DNA of 64,000 nucleotides from the human T2T-CHM13v2.0 reference genome, Homo sapiens: assembly GCF_009914755.1 (NCBI RefSeq), contig NC_060932.1. One strand, 5' to 3'. The position numbers and the translations under genes are program-made. Under the pieces are notes generated by a model. It worked only from the letters and a program-made list of their open reading frames with translations. It was not told where the DNA came from and made no database searches. Below, one piece after another: positions 1-12,700 of this stretch (its first letter is position 1; every line of letters starts with the position of its first letter).

Positions 1-232
1 GATCTACACATAATCAATTGCAGAATAGGATAGTTACATTGAAGGAATTTTATAAATGTAGTGTTTCATCTGGGGAAGGAAATACCATCTAGCACTAAAA
101 TCTGAAAAATATGGTTGTCACAGTATATAATATTCAATTATTTAAATATTTTTCTCACAGGGAACCAAAGTAAATTTTGTGAGTGAATTGAAAAGTACTA
201 AGAACAAGGTGCCAAAATATTTTTTAGGTGAT

Positions 233-430
233 TGTGTTAGTCCATTGGCATCGCTTTAAAGGAATATCTGAGGCTGGGTAATTTATAAAGAAGAGAGTTT
301 TATTTTGGCTCCCAGTTCAGCAGGTTGTATGAGGAACATGGCGCCAGCATCTGCTTGGCTTCTGGTGAGGGCTACAGGAAGCTGACCATCGTGGTGGAAG
401 GCAAAGGGGGACCCAGCATCACATATGGAG
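233..430 (-). mobile_element. MaLR LTR fragment (MST/THE1-like)
   Basis: TGTGTTAGTCCATT...GAGGCTGGGTAATTTATAAAGAA...TCTGGTGAGGGC, typical antisense MST LTR end. Confidence 0.8.
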
Positions 431-446
431 AAAGGAAGCAAAAGCT

Positions 447-585
447 TCCTTATCAATCTTGAAAGGTTGCATGTTTCTAGAAATCTCTTTCTTCTAGGTT
501 ATCAAATTTTGGGGTGTATAGTTGTTCATAGCAGTTTCATTATCTTTTGCATTTCTGTGGTATTAGTTGTAATGTCTCCTCTTCC
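447..585 (-). mobile_element. Old L1 ORF2 fragment
   Basis: TTCTAGGTTATCAAATTTT...GCATTTCTGTGGTATTAGTTGTAATGTCTCC resembles antisense L1 ORF2. Confidence 0.65.
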
Positions 586-807
586 CTCCTCAAAATTCCT
601 GAATCTCATTCTGGACATTTTGACTCCAAATGCATAGGACATAGTAACTTACTATTAAAATATTAAGATAGAAAATAAATGAATAATGTTCCTCTACTAT
701 ATCAGTTCATAGATTTTATGAGGACAGAGCCAAATCTTTTTTGCTCACCACGACATAACTAGAGCCTAGTATAGTACTTCCATGGTAGGTGTTTATTACA
801 TTATTGT

Positions 808-897
808 TGGATGGATGAATAGATAAATAGATGGATAGATGGATATTAGATAGATAGACTGTTGGATGGATGGACAGATGGATGAACACATGGATGA
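808..897. repeat. Degenerate (GGAT/AGAT)n simple repeat after an L2 3' end
   Basis: ggatggatgaatagataaatagatggatagatggat... Confidence 0.75.
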
Positions 898-1779
898 AAA
901 CTAAAATTTCTTAATCAAAATATGCTGACAAAGTAATTATATGTCAAGATTATAAAGTAATGCTACCTAATTTTCACGAAGAGAAAATAGTTGCCAGTAC
1001 AGAGAGAAAAGATAGACGTATAGGAAGGCTGGATGAGTCGCCCAAAGAGGACCTTCCAGAGGTTCCTCAACTTGGCCTACAAAATGAATTTAGTCAGAGC
1101 ATCTAAATATATTTTATTCTTTTGGAAACTAATTTTCCCTATCCAAAGTCATAAAAAAATCAATAAATCAATTAATTAATAAGATATGTTACTTCCTTGA
1201 AGATTGGGCTATTTTTCTCAGGTAGTCAGCATATTCTTTCCTTGATGGCAAATCTGTACAAGATGACAATCAGGATGCTTGATGAAAACGGATTCAGAGC
1301 TAGATGATGCTAATGCTTGTTCTCATTGAGTTATGATCATTTGATGCAGCTATTTCTCTAAGTGGGTAAACCTGCTGAGTGACCAGTCCACCCCACTCTG
1401 TAAGGCAGGGAATACTTTCCCAGGCAGGGTAGGAGAGGTGTCACTGCTCTTCACTCCCACCCCAGACTGCCTGCTCTGCTTCTGTTCCTACAATTTTTCT
1501 TAGAAGGGCCTGGTATTTTCATATTTGTGTTCTTGGTAAAATTAATTGCTGTGTTCATCTATTCCATATATAAAACCTTACAGGTTTGTTGCACAGATTA
1601 CTGACAATGTACATCTCTAATAACATAGTAGGTAAAAATAAGTGATCTGTTATGTGATCATCAGAGTCATGCAGCGGGACGTATTTTCAGGAAGACACAA
1701 TATCCCAACATAATACAGTTGCCAAGAGAGTATGTGAAGGTGGCAATTCAGAAGGATATCAAATGCCACATACCAGGAA

Positions 1780-2750
1780 CTTTAGAACTCAGAGTTTGAG
1801 GAGGTGATTGTCATGAAGGCTGAAGATATAAATAAAGTTGAATCTTATATGTTCTGTTAATGAGATTTTACTTCATCCCAAAAACAATGGGAGCCATTGA
1901 AGAACCCTAAGAAGAGTGGGCTAATCAAGTCTTTTTTTTAGAAAAGATGACTAGTCGCCCTTCAGAGATTTAGAAAGGGAAAGATTTGGACAAAGAAATA
2001 AAGTTTTGTACCGGCAAGGGTAATGGATATGGAAGATAGAAGGTAAGGCAGCACAATGCGGGTAGATTGGAGGGGAATAGAGCAATGTTAACCTAGAAAC
2101 TTTAGGACTTAACAACTAACTAGACACAGCAGGAGAGAAAATGTGAGAAGGCCAATATGATGCACAGATATTTAGTTTGGATGACTGTATGAGTCTGTCA
2201 TCATTTCATAAAATAAGCACATTTGAAGGGGAAAGTAAGGAGTGCGTTTGAAGGGAGAAAGATAATGAGTTAAATTTAAGTCACGTTAAGTTTGAAGCTC
2301 CTGTGGGACATATCAGGGAAATATTGAGTTAGAAATTGCATGTGTATGGATTGGGAAACATAAAAGCAATCCAGGCTAGAAATAAAGATTTGGGAGCCAG
2401 GAGCATCTACATAATGACTGAAACCATGGAAGCAGATATGTTCCACCTCAGGGAGGTGTAAAGTGGGAAAAGAGAACAGCACATGGGCAAGAACTCAGGG
2501 TGAAGGAGTCTGAGCAGGCAGGTCAGCAAATGGCACACCAGGAACATGCAATGTCACTAACACCAAGGAGATTAGAGGGTGAGCAGTCAATGGAGGAGAC
2601 CATGAAGCCTCATGAAACATAATTAAACACAGAATGGTTCCATATGTTTAACAACATGAGTGGCCTTCATCAAAAAACCTTTAGTAGAGTGGTAGGAATG
2701 AAGGCTGGTTTGGAGTGAGTAGAAGTAAGTAAGAGCTAACTACACGGAGA
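1780..2750 (-). mobile_element. L2 LINE fragment
   Basis: Purine-rich decayed sequence with L2-antisense motifs (AATGGGAGCCATTGAAG, TTAAGTTTGAAG, AGGCTAGAAATAAAGATTTGGGAG); boundaries approximate. Confidence 0.6.
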
Positions 2751-3093
2751 CAGAAAGCTTGGCACACAAACCCTCTTCCCCCATGATTCGGTCCTTGTCA
2801 AACTTGCTAGCCTTATTTCTCATCATGCTCCATTCAGGCCCTTCCATCCATTCATTAAAAGATACTTGCCATAACACAAACATACCAGACTATTTGCTGA
2901 ATTTTCTCACAACCTTCTTGCTCCTTCCATCAAGTCCAACCTGCCACCCACCCCTTGTGGCTCTCCAGATAGATATGGCCCCTTTTCTCTTTGAGTTCCT
3001 ACTGCATAATCCATCCTGGATACTAACCCAGGATGTGCTTGATTGTGATTGCAACCTGTACCTCAACCCCTGGAAGCCCCAGACCTATATGAA

Positions 3094-3560
3094 TGTGACA
3101 GAGTGCAGAAATGGCAAAAAATTCCTCCCATCCCTGATTCATACCCCTTTGCAAGGTGATTAAGCTGCTTCATCCACCAAAATATGGAGCCTGTTTCTCC
3201 AGTGCTGAATCACATCTTGGTCATGTGGCTTAACTGGCCAAATGGAACACTAGCAAACATGACAGAAGCAAGGCGTGGAAAGCACTCATCCCTGACTATG
3301 CTAGGGATAAGATCATTGTGTGAACAAGCACAATCTAGCTGGCTAGAGAAAGAGAAGCCACATGGAAAAGAAAAGGATCCCAGCTAATACTGAGAAATTG
3401 CCAGCTATGTGAAAAAAGTCATTCTAGACCAGAAGATCTGAGCCAGCCTAGACAAAAAGAACTGACTCATTAGTCCATGGAACAATCATGAGAGATAGAA
3501 ATGCTTGATTGTTTTAGGCCACTAAATTCTGCAGTGGTTTGTTTCACAGCAAAAGCTGAG
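3094..3560 (+). mobile_element. MLT1G/H-like solo LTR
   Basis: TGTGACAGAGTGCAGAAATGGC...TTCCTCCCATCCCTG start; TGTTTTAGGCCACTAAATT...GGTTTGTTTCACAGCA end. Confidence 0.7.
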
Positions 3561-4859
3561 AGAGTGGACAAGAAACCACAAGGAAATTGCACTCATTTTG
3601 TTAAGATTGTCATTAAAACCCAGTGAGTGAGAGATTTCAGACCTGGTGAGAGTTGTGTCCTTCAAGCTTACACTATTAAAGGTCACATTCTTCAATGGCA
3701 CTTACTTGCCTAATATTTCAAAAAAAATCTTTTTATCTATAGGATACAATAGAAATAGGGCAGACTCCCAATAAATTCAAAGAAACTGGAGAGAAATGGA
3801 AAATGCCAATGCTAAGGATACAATTGCAAGTGACGCATTCAGCCAATAATCTAAGTAGGTGAGTTTGTGCAAAAAGAGCAGCATTTAGTAATAGGAGTTC
3901 AAAAGGACAAAGCTGCTCAGAGCTGGGCTAGTAGGAAGAAGCTATAATTCAGAGAAAATACTAAACTTAGAGAATGATAACCATGGCCAGAAACAGAATC
4001 ACAGATTTGAATATGGAATAAATTTCCTCTTTAAATGCTAGCATTGATGCCTAGTTTATCGTAAACATGCACAGAGATGCATCAGTTTTTTGCCCCATGG
4101 GTAATTTGAAACTTGTGAAATTATCAGTGCCCTTAAGTAACATGACTATTATCACATTTTGTATTACAGTGATTTGATATCATTATCAATGCCCGTAAGT
4201 AACAAGATCATTATAATTTGGATGTCAAGATGTTTCTGAATAAATAAACTTTATTTTTGGAGTTTATCATTAGATTAAGTCAAATGGTTAAAAATAATGA
4301 ACATTGCAAATGCTATTCTTAAGGGTTGCTAAATCAAAGAAAAGAAGCTAAAGTTTAAGTGTCTGCTAAACCAAAGAAAAGGAGAATTTTGCTCTTAGAT
4401 CTTCAAGAAATCTTAGCTCTAAAATTCAGCTAACATTAAATGAATCACTATATCCAAAGATATTCTCAAACAATTGTATTTTTTTAATTTGAAAGCACAA
4501 CTTGTCTTAAGACATTTCAATTTATTTTTGCCCAAGGGGATCAGAGATACATTTTGGATCAAAACTCACTAGAATTTCAGATGAGTTTACAAATGCTTGT
4601 GTCTTAGAGGAAAAGCTATGCTATCCTTTGTGTTTGGCAGGGTAAAACTGCAATTCTGTGGTATAGTCAAATGAAAATTAACCTCCTGAATATACAAGCA
4701 CTATAACTACCTTATGTAATATAAATACTTGTAATCTTTGGGAAAATGCACGCTATAAATAATTGATAAATACACATGTTGTTGAAACAACAGAGGCATT
4801 TAATAGTGTTATCATTCCTCTCTTAAGATTAACTCAACATAACTGAGAGTCTTAATTAA

Positions 4860-5300
4860 GCAAATATCAAGCATTTATTGAGTACCTTATGTTCATACAT
4901 TTATTCAACAAATATTTAATGAGTAGTTCCTGTGTTCTAGATACTAATTCTAGATGCTGACCTATGTGATAAATAAGGAGAGCATGGCCACCCGACCTCA
5001 CAGAATCCAGTGGGGAAATCAGAAAATAAATAATTTAACAAATAGATGAGAAAAAATAAACTTTTGTGGTATATGCAATAAATGAAATACACAGGGTACC
5101 ATGTTAGGGAGAAAAAGAGAAGTACTGGTTGGCTTAAGGTGATTGCTAGAGGACATGACATTAAAGCTGGGACAAGAAAGGGAAAATAGCCAAGGAACAA
5201 ACAATAAGCAGGACATGCCCAGGGTCAGAGAGTAGAAAGGCAATGCTTACCATATTTGAAGAAATAAAAGAGCAATGGATCAAGTATAAAGAGCAAAGAA
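4860..5300 (-). mobile_element. L2 3' end fragment
   Basis: ATTTATTCAACAAATATTTAATGAG hallmark of the antisense L2 3' end. Confidence 0.65.
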
Positions 5301-5999
5301 AAGATATAAGAACTTGCAGATACTGTATGCATTGAATGGGTCTTCTAACTCACAACCCTCTTTCTCTACAAAATTCCCTGGTTTGAAAGGCAATGGTTAC
5401 TTGGCAATGTTATTGAAAACATGGCAAAATTTACTGCAGTGGGTACATGAATGTGTTCACCATGTACTGCTTCACACATCTGTTATCCTTGCCTTTTAAA
5501 TAACATGTCTTACAAGAGCCCAGACTCTTTTTTCACTTAATAACTAGTGTTTTTAATTGGCCAGAGCATTGATTAGAAGTTGTGTGAAATGATTTTTTGT
5601 TCTCACTCAGAGCAGAGAATACACTTGTGTATGTAATTGATCCAAGCCTCTGCAACATTGAACATCTGTCTTATTCAAAATTAATTTCCTGCTAATAACT
5701 GTCATTTTACTTATTTCCTCATTGAATATTAGTGCTAGTAATGAGATTCCTTCTAAATGGATATTTGAAAAGCCATAAAGGTTCTTGTTTTGTTTTATTA
5801 ATTTGTTTGTCTTACTCTAAGGGAGTTACTCGTGACATGCCCATGAGTAGAGAACTACAGAGCAGGATTGAGATGAAACACAGGGAGAAGGTCAAGCTCC
5901 TTCACTAATGAGGAGCAGGCTTTGCACACCCCCAAAGTTTGAAGGATCCTTAGTAATATGTAAAATATGGAAATAAAGAATGGCATGCACCTGGGCAAG

Positions 6000-8377
6000 T
6001 GCTATGGTTTTAATATTCCATCCAAAATTCACTGAAATTTAATTTCCAGTGTAACTATGATAAGAGATAAGACCTTTAAGAGGTGATTAGGTCATGAGGA
6101 CTCTTCCCTCATGAATGGGTTAATGCCATTATCACAGGAGTAAGTTGGTTATCACAGACGTTTGGCCCTTTTTCTCTCTGTCTTGTGTGTTTGTTTGTTC
6201 TTCCACTATGTTGTGACACAGCAAGAAGGCCCTCTCCAGATGCAGCCCCTCAGTCTTGGAGCTCCCAGCCTCCAGAACCATGAGTCGAATAAACTTTTCT
6301 TTATAAATTTCCCAGTCTGTAGTGTTCTCTCACAGTAGCAGAAAACTAAGACAGATAATTGGTATTGAGAGGTGGATCTGTTGTTCTAACAGATACCAAA
6401 CAACGCAGAAGTAGCTTTGGAACTGGGTAATGGGTAAAGGCTAGAAGAGTCTGGAGGAGTAGGCTAGAAAAACCCTAGATTGCCATGAACAGAATGTTAA
6501 AGGTGATTCTGTTAAGGGCTTAGAAGAAAGAAGAATCTGTAGAAAAGGTATGGAATGTCTTAGATATTAAGCGGTCATGGCCAGAATGTTGATAGAAATA
6601 TGGACAGTAAAAGCCATTCTCATGAGGTCTCAGACAGAAATGAAGAACAAGTTATTGGAAGCTGGATTAAAGGTCACCCTGTTACACAGTTGCAAAGAAC
6701 TTGGCTGAATTGTGTTGGTGTCCTAGGACTTTATGGAATGAAGAACTTAAGGGTGATTAACTAAGATGTCTCATGCGAGAAATATCTAAAGAGCAGAGCA
6801 CTCAGGTTGCTGCATGGCTACTTCTAACCACATGCATTGAGAAGCTAGAGGAAAAAACTTAAAGATGGAATTTATAATTAAAAGGTAAAAAACAGAAAGA
6901 TTTGGAAAATTTGCAGGCTGGCCATGTAAAGAGTAAAAAAGCATGTAAAAGAGAGAATACTACAGGTGTGCCCAAGTGACCATTTGCTAAAGAGGTTATC
7001 ACAGATAGTGATTCAGGTGCTATTCATCAAGTGAACAGGAGAAAGACTTCAAAGGCATTTCAGAGGCCTTCAAGGCTACCCCTTCCCATCGCAGGCCCTG
7101 AGCTCTAGAAAAACAGAATAGTTTCAGGGAATGGGCTCAAGATACCTTCCATGGACTTGCTGCTCAGAGCCACATTGGGTCTCTGCTTCCTGTGTTCCAG
7201 CACAGTGCATGACTCAGCCAACCCCACCTATAGCCTAAGTGGGTTCCTGCAGTGTGCATGCAGTAAGCCTTGACAGTGTCCACATGGTATAAGTCTCCAG
7301 GCTCACAGAATACAAGAGCTGTGGGAGTAGGGCTCCCTTCACCTAGATTTCAAAGGATGTACCAAATAAACTGAGAACCCAAGCAGAAACCTGCCACAGG
7401 TAGAGCCTCCACAGAGAGTGCTCACTAGGGCAAAGCCTAGTGGATCCGTGGGATTGGGGCTGCCACTGAGACCCCAGAGCTACAGGGCCACCTATAGCCA
7501 GAGTGGAAACTCCGGCCTGGGAAGGTCATAGGCATGAGACTCCAACCCAAGAGAACTGAAGCATGGCTGAGCCCAGCAAAGACATGGGGTCGTGGCCACC
7601 TGAGGCTTTGGAGACCCAAATTCCCCATGTCCAGAAGGTGGCAAATGGAGTAAATGATTATTGTGGAAGTCTAAGGTTTAACATTGTTTTCCCTATTAGA
7701 TTTTGGATTAACTTAGGGCCTCTTGCTCCTTTCTTTTTGCCTATCTCTCCCTTTTGTAATGGGAATGTCTATCACATGCCAGCAACATTGTCGTATTTTG
7801 GAAGTAGATATCTTGTTTTTTTTTATTTCACAAGCTTACAGCTGGAGAGGAATTTGCCTCAGGATGAATCACACCTTGAGTCTCACCCATACCAGATTCA
7901 GATGAGATTCTGGGCTTTGGACTTTTGAGTTTGTGCTAAAATAAGTCAAGATTTTTGGGGCCACTGAGATGGAATAAATGTATTTTTGTATATAAGAAGG
8001 ACATGAGTTTTGTGAGGCGAAGAGGCAGAATGCTACAGTTTAAATGTTTGTTTCCTCTAAAACTCATATAGAAATTTAATTGTCACTGTGATGGTATTAA
8101 GAGGAGGGACTATTAAGAAGTGATTAGGTCATCAGGGCTCTGCCCTTATAAATGCCATAATGCCATTATCATGGGAGTGGATTAGTGATTGAGGGATTTC
8201 AACCCCCCTTTTTCTCCATGTCTGTATGCTCATTTGTCCTTCCATCATGTTAGGATACAACCCCTTGATCTTGGACTTCCCAGCCTCCAGAATGATGAGC
8301 CAAATAAACTTTTTTTAAAAAAATTAATTACCTAGTCTGTGGTATTCTGTTACATCAGCAGAAAATTGACTAAGACG
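6000..8377 (+). mobile_element. Two-LTR MaLR provirus (MSTC/MSTD-like LTR - internal - LTR)
   Basis: LTR1 6000-6353 (TGCTATGG...CTAAGACA); internal 6354-8030 with GCTTTGGAACTGGGTAATGGG and purine tract GAGGCGAAGAGGCAGAA before LTR2 8031-8377 (TGCTACAG...CTAAGACG); diverged 5-bp flanks GCAAG/GTATG. Confidence 0.88.
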
Positions 8378-8666
8378 GTATGTTAGATTTGTTATGAAAG
8401 GTTAGGCGAGCAGATGGAATTGACTAAACTAAGAGGAAACTGAAACTTTAGGACTCAGTAATTAGCAGAGCTGTGGGAGACCTCTATGTTAGGCTGAGGT
8501 GTCTCAGCTGAACACAGGAGGCTTTGAGGCTCTTGACCTGGGTTTAACAGGAATTTCAGTGGTTTCGGGAGATACTACAGTTGTATAAATTTGGTCAGAG
8601 CTAAAGATTGGAATGGTGTCTTCTCTTTAAGAGAATAATTAACTTTTTAGCAGTATGCTTAATTAA

Positions 8667-9008
<342 letters not shown>

Positions 9009-9716
9009 CATTATTGCCTTAACATTTTTTTAAAAAGAAAGTTGTAGCACTCACTCTAGCTGAGATAAAAGCCCTTGTAGTTTGTTTCTTCAGCCTCCAA
9101 CATAACCATATCCAATCATGACCTCCCAACATTCAAATTACCAAACACCAATGTTTCTGAGTCAAACAGGCAGTTGTTTAAAATATCTTTATTCCCATTT
9201 ACCAATAATACACAAAAACCATGACAATTGTCAGTGATCATATTTGTGACCTAATTTTTCAGAAATTTGGTCCTTACCCAAGTTTATTAAAGTTCCTAAC
9301 TAACTGTAATGTGTTCACTGGCTTTGGAAGGTCTTGGATAGATACTCTGTTGGCATAAAGCTCCTTTAGCCAACAACAAAAAAACCCTTTTCTGTGTGTA
9401 TGGAATTTTTTTAAATTACTGAGTAATTAAATTTGAATGTGAAATATTGGAAAACTGTTTTGTTTTTATTTTTCTCCAATTTAGAACTTGTGGCAGGAGA
9501 AATGTGCATAAATATTTGAATATTTTCAGATGCACAATCTATTGAAAGCAATAATTTATTGCACTTAAGACATGTTCATATGTGAGTTTTATATAAAGGT
9601 TGAAACTGCTTTTCACGAAGGTAAAGAATTATTTTAATTTAAAGTAAACACACACAAAAAAGGCAAAAATAGTCAAACAACACCATAAGGCATTGTTGTT
9701 TTTTCTTATAACTTAC

Positions 9717-9788
9717 AGATATAGCAAATTTTCAAGTCCTTCAAAAGCATTTCTGGAAATCTTTCTGATGTGGTTGTTGTTCAGCAGA
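9717..9788 (-). CDS. PXDNL: Internal 72-bp LRR coding exon of peroxidasin-like protein (probably exon 3)
   Basis: Minus strand reads tttgctttttcAG|T CTG CTG AAC AAC AAC CAC ATC AGA AAG ATT TCC AGA AAT GCT TTT GAA GGA CTT GAA AAT TTG CTA TAT CT|GTAAGT. Polypyrimidine-AG acceptor, consensus donor, 72 nt, phase 2-2, one 24-aa LRR matching recalled PXDNL (paralog PXDN has [24 protein letters not shown]). Confidence 0.93.
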
Positions 9789-12700
9789 CTGAAAAAGCAA
9801 AAACAAACAAATAATTCCCAAATGAGAAACAGACTCTGCAAACATTAAAATAGTTCTGCTAAGTATAGTGCTTTACACAACAGAAAAATATTTACTGACA
9901 TGGTTCACTAAATTTGGAAATTTATACTTTAATTCCCTATTCAAAAAAGTGATATAAAACATTAATTTGTCACAAAGACTTTAAAATAATTTATATTCAT
10001 TAAATTACCCTAAAACACTCCTAAAACAACACTGCAACCCAGAGGTAAAATTCTTGTTCTCCTGAAGCATACCATCTAAAAAGAAAATTATCAACATAGT
10101 CATGGTAACAAAGGAACATATTCCTAAACAGATGGAGAGTATTGAACACTCAGGCTTAAGCATCTTCCTTGGAAAAATAAATATCACAGATATTGACACA
10201 CAGTAGACTTTCATTGTGTATTTGTTAAACTGTCAAACCAAGAGTCAATTACACCATAGGAAGTGAGGCTCTTATTATAGTAGTATCCAGTGGTCCAAAA
10301 ACGATTTCTAAAAAATCCAGGGAGAAAAATAATAGGTGGCAGAAATAAATCGAATTTGAACCGTAAAACAAGTTACTGAAAAATCAACTTGCAGTAACCT
10401 TGAAAGCTTCAGTAAAAGCACCCTGGCAAATGAAAATTATAAATTTTTTTCTAGTAAAAACACTTAAAATTTCTTTCAAATTTAAATTATTATGGCATGT
10501 CTAAATATAGAGGGAAAGTCTGCTAATTAGATTGGCACACATGTTCCTGAATATTCTATGTCTAAAACCCTCAAAGCTTTTAAAAATCTACTGCCGAAGT
10601 CCAATGCTGGAGGATTCACTTTTAGCATATTACAAAATATTTGTTTTGTGGGGTTTTTGTATGAATGATTAGGAAAACAGAAGTGTTTTGGCCACTGGAG
10701 CAGGTGATTATTTCAGTTATTATGCACAATTTCACAGGCAGCCTAGAGATCCCCAAGCTCATCTGTTCCTAACTGATTCACTGTAGGCCTCACTGTTAAA
10801 TTCCCCAAACAGCATCTGAAGTGGCTGACACCTCACCTATGGCACCAGAGCCATTTCTCACCATTTGTGACTGCCTGGTGTCCTGGCCATTGGGAGGCAG
10901 AACAACCAATCTACAGCTTGCATTGGAGGTGATGCCATACAGAGATAATGTCAATTTTCATGGATAATTCTAAGCTTCAGTCAATGAGCCATTCAACTTT
11001 ATAGTCCACCATGTGTTCAAGGAATTTTTAAACAGGCTGAAAGCAATATAACTAGTTAATGTGTAATTAATACCAGACACAAACCTTGTCCTGGGAGAAT
11101 TTGCTGTTTAGGCACTCTCCCATTCTATTGTTCAAAATCAATTAATGCACTTCTGTTAGTTTCCCAAACCACCACCATGCAAATATATTTACTTGAAGAA
11201 ATGACTATTCTGTCCACCTTAGTCTATTAAATACAACATGCACCAATGCATGTAGAATAAACTATACGTGTGTATACATACATATGTGCATGTGTGTATG
11301 TAATTTGCATGTCTGCTATGATGCATGTGTATGTGTGGTATGTGACACATGTATATAGTCTCAACCTCATATTAATCACAGATCACAAAAAACAATTTGA
11401 GTGACTATTTTCTTAAATCTTCCAACGGTGGTGCCTAGGAGAGAGAAATTGACTCATTTCATACAAAAGGTGTCTTTGGGCATTAGTGTTAATTATCTTT
11501 CAAAGCCACAATTAGAAACGGAAAAGATATTACATACCATAATTAGTCTTTCTTCAGTATATTAAATGTGCTTGAAGCCTAGGTTTCTGCATATTCTTTT
11601 AGAGTTATTTAAATTTTAACAAAAATGAAACATAAGATTTCAAAAAAATTACACTGAAATTATGATGTGCATAACCTAAAGTATGAGATCAAACAATTTA
11701 ACTTGTTTTCTTGAGAATTTTTTTATTGCTGACAAGAAATCAACTCATTAAAATGGTTCACAGTTGAATGTATTTTCCAATCACAAGTACATATTTCTTG
11801 TCAAGTTTTATTCAAAGCATTATGGTTTCCATCAAAATATCTTTATTATAATTTTAATGGTTGGAACCTTACCCAAGTAATGTTTTGGTTAAGTGGTTAT
11901 AGAAACGGTCATTTATGTTATGTTGTTTTATTATTCAGAAAGAAAATGCATTCAAAATGTATGAGTGGGTCTGCTAAAATTCAGGGCGTAAAACAATACC
12001 TAACATTATTTCATCAAAACTCAGCACAAGCATAGGGAAATTTGTGGCTGTACCCTATATCCTCATGATGCCCATGATGCCAAAGGAACAAAACAAAACA
12101 AAAAAGAAGCGAACAAAACAAAACAAAAAAGAGGCAAGCAAAACTCTCAAGAAGAAAATGTAAAAATGTTACAGTTTTTATTGAGAAAATAAAACAATTT
12201 CTGAAAACAGGATATCTGAATATACTGATGATCAAACTTTTGGGGTAAAAGAGGAACCAGCAATATGGACCAATGGCCCAGTTTATTAGCTGTTTTTTGC
12301 TGAAACACAAAGCCTTACCCAGAGTATGCCCATATACACTTGCATATTTACTAGTATAGAAATGTATACTGTGTGGTTGGAAATATTTTATTAAAAACCA
12401 ATAAATGACTGCTAGAAAAGATTAAGGCTATTTGCATAGTCATCAATTCATCAAAGTGTAAAATAAAAAATAAAAATAATAAAATTTATAAAGAAAAATA
12501 GAACTCTCTCCCACCTCACATAAAATTTCTACTAGGATAATGCCAAGATTTACTCCACAAGTGAATCATTATCTCTACATTTAAATGCAAATAATATATT
12601 TTTTGTAAGGGGCAATCATGTTGGTCTGTTCCTGCTTGTTATGGTTATGCTTATTTTCATTTGGATACTCCAGAAATATGGTTCTGCTACTGTTAACATG

